This document shows positions 28,138 through 32,971 of a stretch of DNA of 32,971 nt, piece after piece (the stretch's first letter is position 1; each line of letters begins with the position of its first letter). The notes beneath the pieces were generated by a model. That model saw only the letters and a list, made by a program, of their open reading frames with translations, did no database searches and had not been told where the DNA came from. The stretch is from a virus. Position numbers and translations under genes: made by a program. The stretch is from UHGV virus genome UHGV-0159523. The stretch is one strand, 5' to 3'.

Positions 28138-28300
28138 TTTTTTCAGGTAACTCGTCGGCATCGCAGAAACAACAACGCTCGATCATGTTGAAAGCCGATT
28201 CGTAGAACTGTTTCTGCTGAGTGTCGCTGAGACAGGAAAAGAGCGACGTTACGATGATTTTATTAATTGCATTATCAAGTTCTTTTTCATCAAAAGTCAT
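28055..28300 (-). CDS. Hypothetical small protein, 81 aa, antisense to the early-left operon
   Basis: SD AAGGA 7 nt upstream of ATG 28298-28300; Cys cluster ERCCFCDADE; overlaps the 3' end of 27862..28137 by 83 nt. Confidence 0.4.
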   Translation of the reverse strand: MTFDEKELDNAINKIIVTSLFSCLSDTQQKQFYESAFNMIERCCFCDADELPEKIRKQLADALRVRLSDQFSEMCSPNLDK

Positions 28301-28505
28301 TTGATTTTCCTTTTATGTATACGGGCTTAAAAGGATACCACCGAGCCTGAAGTGGTGAAAAGACAGGCACATAACAGCTAAGTATTTTCAACCAAAGAGA
28401 ATCCTTAGCGTTGTGGTGAATGCGGCTCAGCGCACGCGGGTTAAGGTTGAGGCTGACAGTCGACCTTCTGTGGATACCCACCCGTCTGGTGTGCAACCTT
28501 CGCCA

Positions 28506-28543
28506 GGCACCGGGAGGCACCCGGCACCCGGCACCCGGCACCA
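28506..28543. repeat. Tandem heptamer repeat GGCACC(C/G/A), five copies
   Basis: Read directly: ggcaccg gga ggcaccc ggcaccc ggcaccc ggcacca; within a GC-rich region lacking a convincing gene. Confidence 0.7.
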
Positions 28544-28751
28544 CAACTTTATGCTGTGTGTAGTCCTGGCGGTACCAGTTTGTACCCTTGCTTCCGGCTG
28601 GTACCGTCCTTTTTACAAAACAGAGAAGAGCATCACCGGACGACGGGCTCATAACCCAATCCAACCGGGCGGCTGCCACCGCAGGTGTTCTTCTCTGTTT
28701 TGTGGAGAAACTAATCGGCCTTGCAGGGTCGATATGATGAGGAGCAGCAAA

Positions 28752-29114
28752 ATGGCTAGCGAACGCAGTACTGATGTGCAGGCATTTATCGGGGAGCTGG
28801 ACGGCGGCGTATTTGAAACCAAAATCGGCGCAGTTCTCAGTGAAGTCGCTTCCGGTGTGATGAACACGAAAACCAAAGGTAAGGTCTCACTCAACCTGGA
28901 AATCGAACCATTTGATGAGAACCGTGTGAAAATCAAACACAAACTCTCATATGTTCGCCCGACTAACCGCGGGAAAATTTCCGAAGAAGACACCACCGAA
29001 ACGCCGATGTATGTCAATCGCGGTGGTCGCCTGACTATTCTGCAGGAAGACCAGGGACAATTACTGACTCTTGCCGGTGAACCTGACGGAAAACTCCGCG
29101 CAGCAGGTCATTAA
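28752..29114 (+). CDS. Hypothetical protein, 120 aa from ATG 28752 (size and position match CPS-53 YfdP as recalled)
   Basis: Strong SD GAGGAG 7 nt upstream of ATG 28752; the 113 in-frame upstream codons are Pro/Arg/Gly-rich and judged non-coding. Confidence 0.5.
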   Translation: MASERSTDVQAFIGELDGGVFETKIGAVLSEVASGVMNTKTKGKVSLNLEIEPFDENRVKIKHKLSYVRPTNRGKISEEDTTETPMYVNRGGRLTILQEDQGQLLTLAGEPDGKLRAAGH

Positions 29115-29179
29115 TATCGTTCTTAATTAACTGATTATTTATCTCATCACTGAATATCTTTATATAGTGAGGACTTATT

Positions 29180-30004
29180 ATGTCTCAGAACTTAGACGCA
29201 ACCGCAATTAATCAAATCCATGCCCTTATTTCTGCTCAGGGTGTTAATGAAATTATCAGTAAGATTGGTGCCGATGCTGTGGCATTGCCTGAGAATTTCC
29301 GCATTCATGATCTGGAAAAATTTAATTTAAATCGCTTCCGTTTCCGTGGTGCGCTTTCCACTGCCAGCATCGATGACTTTACCCGTTATTCTAAAGATCT
29401 TGCAGATGAAGGCACCCGCTGCTTTATCGATGCTGATAATATGCGTGCCGTCAGTGTGCTTAACCTGGGTACTATTGATGAACCAGGTCACGCAGATAAC
29501 ACCGCCACTCTCAAACTGAAAAAGACAGCACCGTTCTCTGCTCTGTTGTCTGTTAATGGCGAGCGTAACTCCCAGAAATCACTGGCAGAATGGATTGAAG
29601 ACTGGGCCGACTACCTTGTGGGCTTTGATGCTAATGGTGACACCATTCAGGCAACAAAAGCGGCTGCGGCGGTCCGTAAAATCACGATTGAAGCAAACCA
29701 GACCGCTGATTTTGAAGATAATGACTTCAGCGGCAAACGCTCCCTGATGGAGTCTGTCGAAGCGAAGACCAAAGACATTATGCCAGTGGCATTTGAATTT
29801 AAATGCATTCCGTTTGAAGGTCTGAAAGAACGTCCGTTTAAATTACGCCTCAGCATTATCACTGGCGATCGTCCGGTACTGGTTCTGCGCATTATTCAGC
29901 TGGAGGCGGTGCAGGAAGAAATGGCTAACGAATTTCGTGATCTGCTTGTTGAGAAATTCAAGGACAGCAAAGTAGAAACCTTTATTGGTACTTTCACCGC
30001 CTGA
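29180..30004 (+). CDS. yfdQ: DUF2303-type protein, 274 aa (YfdQ-like as recalled)
   Basis: 274-aa ORF followed by 178-, 120- and 101-aa ORFs, the size series I recall for CPS-53 yfdQ-R-S-T; recognition from memory, not a search. Confidence 0.6.
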   Translation: MSQNLDATAINQIHALISAQGVNEIISKIGADAVALPENFRIHDLEKFNLNRFRFRGALSTASIDDFTRYSKDLADEGTRCFIDADNMRAVSVLNLGTIDEPGHADNTATLKLKKTAPFSALLSVNGERNSQKSLAEWIEDWADYLVGFDANGDTIQATKAAAAVRKITIEANQTADFEDNDFSGKRSLMESVEAKTKDIMPVAFEFKCIPFEGLKERPFKLRLSIITGDRPVLVLRIIQLEAVQEEMANEFRDLLVEKFKDSKVETFIGTFTA

Positions 30005-30016
30005 TTTCATTACTGC

Positions 30017-30040
30017 AAATGCCCCTGCGGGGGCATTTAT
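30017..30040 (+). terminator. Perfect 9-bp stem hairpin between yfdQ-like and yfdR-like genes (attenuator/terminator-like)
   Basis: aaatgcccc-tgcg-ggggcattt perfect stem read directly; followed by at. Confidence 0.3.
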
Positions 30041-30131
30041 GGAAACGTAATTTACTCAATAATCGCCGGATGGTGAGGGATTCTTTTTACCAGAATTCAG
30101 CGCGGTGCAGCGCATATACGTGGAGAACAAA

Positions 30132-30668
30132 ATGTCATTTATTAAAACTTTTTCCGGGAAGCATTTTTATTATGACAGGATAAATAAAGATGACATCGAT
30201 ATTAACGATATTGCGGTTTCCCTTTCAAATATCTGTCGCTTTGCCGGTCATCTTTCGCACTTCTACAGCGTCGCCCAACATGCGGTTCTTTGCAGCCAGC
30301 TGGTGCCGCAGGAATTTGCTTTTGAAGCGTTAATGCATGATGCAACAGAAGCGTATTGCCAGGACATTCCCGCACCACTGAAACGCCTTCTTCCTGACTA
30401 TAAACAAATGGAAGAAAAAATAGACGCCGTAATCCGTGAGAAATACGGGTTACCCCCAGTTATGAGTACGCCCGTGAAATATGCCGATCTCATCATGCTG
30501 GCAACCGAACGCCGCGATCTCGGGCTTGATGATGGCTCTTTCTGGCCTGTACTGGAAGGTATCCCGGCAACAGAGATGTTCAACGTGATTCCACTGGCAC
30601 CGGGCCATGCCTACGGGATGTTTATGGAACGCTTTAACGAGTTATCGGAGTTACGCAAATGCGCATGA
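30132..30668 (+). CDS. yfdR: HD-domain phosphohydrolase-like protein, 178 aa (YfdR-like)
   Basis: SD GGAGA 5 nt before ATG 30132; His and HD motifs (RFAGHLSH, ALMHDATEAY); size matches YfdR as recalled. Confidence 0.65.
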   Translation: MSFIKTFSGKHFYYDRINKDDIDINDIAVSLSNICRFAGHLSHFYSVAQHAVLCSQLVPQEFAFEALMHDATEAYCQDIPAPLKRLLPDYKQMEEKIDAVIREKYGLPPVMSTPVKYADLIMLATERRDLGLDDGSFWPVLEGIPATEMFNVIPLAPGHAYGMFMERFNELSELRKCA

Positions 30669-31021
30669 ATGTTTTCGAAATGGAAGGGTTTCTTCGTGGG
30701 AGATGTGTACCGCGAGATCTGAAAGTAAATGAAACAGATGCTGAATACCTGGTGCGTAAATTCGATGCGCTTGAAGCTAAATGTGCAGCACAGGAAAACA
30801 AAGTAATACCAGTGTCAACTGAACTGCCACCAGCAAATGAAAGTGTTTTGTTATTCGATGCTAACGGAGAAGGCTGGCTAATTGGCTGGCGTTCTCTCTG
30901 GTACACCTGGGGACAAAAAGAAACCGGAGAATGGCAGTGGACATTTCAGGTCGGGGACCTTGAAAACGTCAATATCACTCACTGGGCAGTAATGCCAAAA
31001 GCACAGGAGGCTGGAGCATAA
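30659..31021 (+). CDS. yfdS: Trp-rich DUF551-type protein, 120 aa (YfdS-like)
   Basis: Overlaps upstream stop; motif GEGWLIGWRSLWYTWGQKETGEWQW; size and order match. Confidence 0.5.
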   Translation: MRMNVFEMEGFLRGRCVPRDLKVNETDAEYLVRKFDALEAKCAAQENKVIPVSTELPPANESVLLFDANGEGWLIGWRSLWYTWGQKETGEWQWTFQVGDLENVNITHWAVMPKAQEAGA

Positions 31022-31326
31022 TGACCACTTTTACCGACAAAGAACTGATTAAAGAAATTAAAGAGCGTATCAGCAGCCTTGACGTGCGAGACGATATTGA
31101 GCGCCGTGCTTATGAAATCGCACTCCTATCTCTGGAAGTAGAACCAGATGAACGCGAAGCTTATGAATTATTCATGGAAAAGCGTTTCGGTGACTTAGTA
31201 GATCGTCGGAGAGCAAAAAACGACGATAACGAATACATGGCATGGGATATGACTCTCGGTTGGATCGTCTGGCAGCAACGAGCTGGTATCCATTTTTCAA
31301 CAATGTCACAGCAAGAGGTGAAATAA
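31021..31326 (+). CDS. yfdT: Small acidic protein, 101 aa (YfdT-like)
   Basis: ATG overlaps upstream stop; size and order match the recalled CPS-53 cluster. Confidence 0.5.
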   Translation: MTTFTDKELIKEIKERISSLDVRDDIERRAYEIALLSLEVEPDEREAYELFMEKRFGDLVDRRRAKNDDNEYMAWDMTLGWIVWQQRAGIHFSTMSQQEVK

Positions 31327-31676
31327 TGGAGCCATACAGCCTCACACTCGATGAGGCCTGTCATTTTCTCAAGATATCCAGACCGACTGCCATTAACTGG
31401 ATACGCACAGGGCGTCTTCAGGCAACACGCAAAGATCCCACTAAGAATAAATCTCCTTACCTCACAACACGACAAGCCTGCATTGCGGCTCTTCAGTCTC
31501 CGCTGCATACTGTCCAGGTGAGCGCGGGTGATGGCATAACAGAGGAAAGAAAATGTCACTCTTCCGCAGAGGTGAAATATGGTACGCCAGTTTCACATTG
31601 CCGAACGGTAAAAGATTTAAACAGTCTCTTGGAACAAAGGACAAAAGGCAGGCGACAGAACTCCATGACAAGCTAA
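31326..31676 (+). CDS. xis: Excisionase (AlpA/MerR-type HTH), 116 aa
   Basis: SD AGAGGTG; N-terminal [35 protein letters not shown]-binding motif; immediately upstream of and overlapping int. Confidence 0.7.
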   Translation: MEPYSLTLDEACHFLKISRPTAINWIRTGRLQATRKDPTKNKSPYLTTRQACIAALQSPLHTVQVSAGDGITEERKCHSSAEVKYGTPVSHCRTVKDLNSLLEQRTKGRRQNSMTS

Positions 31677-32716
31677 AGGCTGAAGCATGGCGGGTCAGCA
31701 AACTTGGTGAAATACCTGATATAACGTTCGAGGAAGCGTGTGTCAGGTGGCTTGAAGAGAAAGCACATAAAAAATCACTGGACGATGACAAAAGCCGGAT
31801 CGGATTCTGGCTTCAACATTTCGCAGGAATGCAACTAAGAGACATTACTGAATCAAAAATTTATTCAGCAATGCAGAAAATGACGAACCGGCGTCATGAG
31901 GAAAACTGGAAACTCAGGGCAGAAGCATGCAGAAAAAAAGGGAAACCTGTTCCAGAATACACGCCAAAACCAGCGTCCGTTGCAACGAAGGCTACGCATC
32001 TTTCATTTATAAAGGCCCTACTAAGAGCCGCAGAGCGTGAATGGAAAATGCTGGATAAGGCACCAATTATTAAAGTGCCCCAATCAAAGAATAAACGGAT
32101 CCGCTGGCTGGAGCCCCATGAAGCACAAAGGCTGATTGATGAATGTCCGGAACCATTAAAGTCTGTTGTTGAATTTGCACTGGCAACAGGCCTAAGACGC
32201 TCGAACATCATCAACCTTGAATGGCAACAAATAGATATGCAGCGCCGGGTGGCATGGATAAACCCGGAAGAGAGTAAATCAAACCGCGCAATTGGCGTTG
32301 CGCTGAATGATACTGCATGTCGCGTATTGAAAAAACAAATCGGGAATCATCACCGTTGGGTATTTGTGTACAAGGAAAGCTGTACCAAACCAGACGGAAC
32401 GAAAGCGCCAACAGTCAGGAAGATGCGGTATGACGCAAACACAGCCTGGAAAGCGGCGCTGAGACGGGCTGGTATTGATGATTTTAGATTTCACGACTTG
32501 AGACACACCTGGGCAAGTTGGCTGGTTCAAGCCGGAGTCCCGTTGTCAGTGTTACAGGAAATGGGAGGCTGGGAGTCTATCGAAATGGTTCGTCGATATG
32601 CTCACCTTGCACCTAATCACCTTACCGAACACGCACGGCAAATAGACTCGATCCTAAACCCATCGGTCCCAAATTTGTCCCAGTCAAAAAATAAGGAAGG
32701 TACTAATGATGTGTAA
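31553..32716 (+). CDS. int: Tyrosine integrase (phage-type site-specific recombinase), 387 aa
   Basis: N-terminal [21 protein letters not shown] typical of enterobacterial phage integrases; catalytic HDLRHTW box and RRYAHL tyrosine motif; ends 15 bp from the tRNA 3' end. Confidence 0.9.
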   Translation: MSLFRRGEIWYASFTLPNGKRFKQSLGTKDKRQATELHDKLKAEAWRVSKLGEIPDITFEEACVRWLEEKAHKKSLDDDKSRIGFWLQHFAGMQLRDITESKIYSAMQKMTNRRHEENWKLRAEACRKKGKPVPEYTPKPASVATKATHLSFIKALLRAAEREWKMLDKAPIIKVPQSKNKRIRWLEPHEAQRLIDECPEPLKSVVEFALATGLRRSNIINLEWQQIDMQRRVAWINPEESKSNRAIGVALNDTACRVLKKQIGNHHRWVFVYKESCTKPDGTKAPTVRKMRYDANTAWKAALRRAGIDDFRFHDLRHTWASWLVQAGVPLSVLQEMGGWESIEMVRRYAHLAPNHLTEHARQIDSILNPSVPNLSQSKNKEGTNDV

Positions 32717-32730
32717 CTTATTGATTTAAA

Positions 32731-32806
32731 TGGTGCCGATAATAGGAGTCGAACCTACGACCTTCGCATTACGAATGCGCTGCTCTACCAACTGAGCTAT
32801 ATCGGC
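32731..32806 (-). tRNA. thrW: tRNA-Thr (anticodon CGU), thrW-type; prophage attachment site at its 3' end
   Basis: Reverse complement folds as a 76-nt tRNA ending in CCA with anticodon loop TT-CGT-AA; sequence matches E. coli tRNA-Thr(CGU) as I recall it. Confidence 0.9.
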
Positions 32807-32971
32807 CCTGAAAGGACATGTTCACGAACGTGAATCACGGTGGACAAGGTTAAAACTAACCGGGCGATGCGTCAATGGCCTTGTGAATCAAATGGCTACT
32901 TTTGCATCACCCGGTTTTATTTACGCACGAATGGTGTAATCACCAATGCCGATCCACTTGTAAGTGGTCAG

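Noticed and set aside
28506-28543. Possible CRISPR-like array from the heptamer repeats
   Set aside because: Repeat unit is only 7 bp with no spacers and no cas genes; this is a microsatellite-like tandem repeat, not a CRISPR array.
28413-28751. N-terminal 113-codon extension of the yfdP-like ORF
   Set aside because: Pro/Arg/Gly-rich low-complexity translation across heptamer repeats, no SD at 28413, whereas a strong SD precedes ATG 28752; treated as non-coding.

Overview
Nearly the whole window is one temperate, lambdoid-organised prophage integrated next to a tRNA-Thr(CGU) gene (thrW-type; minus strand, 32731-32806) at the right edge. Read right to left from the tRNA, the prophage runs: tyrosine integrase and excisionase (+); a plus-strand accessory operon that I recognise, from memory of sizes and context, as resembling the E. 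coli CPS-53 yfdP-Q-R-S-T cluster (includes an HD-domain protein); a GC-rich ORF-free stretch carrying tandem GGCACCC heptamers; a left operator region (OL-like palindromes) with no recognisable N gene; an AT-rich two-gene cassette downstream of the CI repressor (rexAB position); CI repressor with S24 peptidase domain (+); two operator palindromes; then the minus-strand early-right/late operon: Cro-like, CII-like, a coupled 112-aa gene, O-like replication initiator with an internal iteron array, PerC-like protein, a LexA-N-terminal-domain paralog, RusA, KilA-N, DUF968, Q antiterminator, late leader with tR'-like terminator, an AT-rich two-gene cassette (small wHTH-like protein plus a 3-TM membrane protein), holin, GH19 endolysin, Rz/Rz1, a plus-strand moron, HNH endonuclease, TerS/TerL, HK97-type portal/protease/capsid, connectors, and a Mu-type contractile tail (sheath, tube, chaperone with a -1 frameshift site, tape measure, Mu N/P/gp45-like proteins). 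The left end of the prophage lies beyond the window; positions 1-55 encode the start of an IS3-family-like OrfA. The module combination (Mu-like tail, HK97-like head, lambdoid control, integrase at thrW) is the pattern of SfV/e14-type mosaic prophages. The most interesting unexplained content is in the AT-rich, self-contained insertions at classic moron positions: between Q/tR' and the holin, downstream of cI, at the lysis/packaging junction, and inside the tail module. All functional calls are from reading the translations and DNA motifs by eye; no database search was run.
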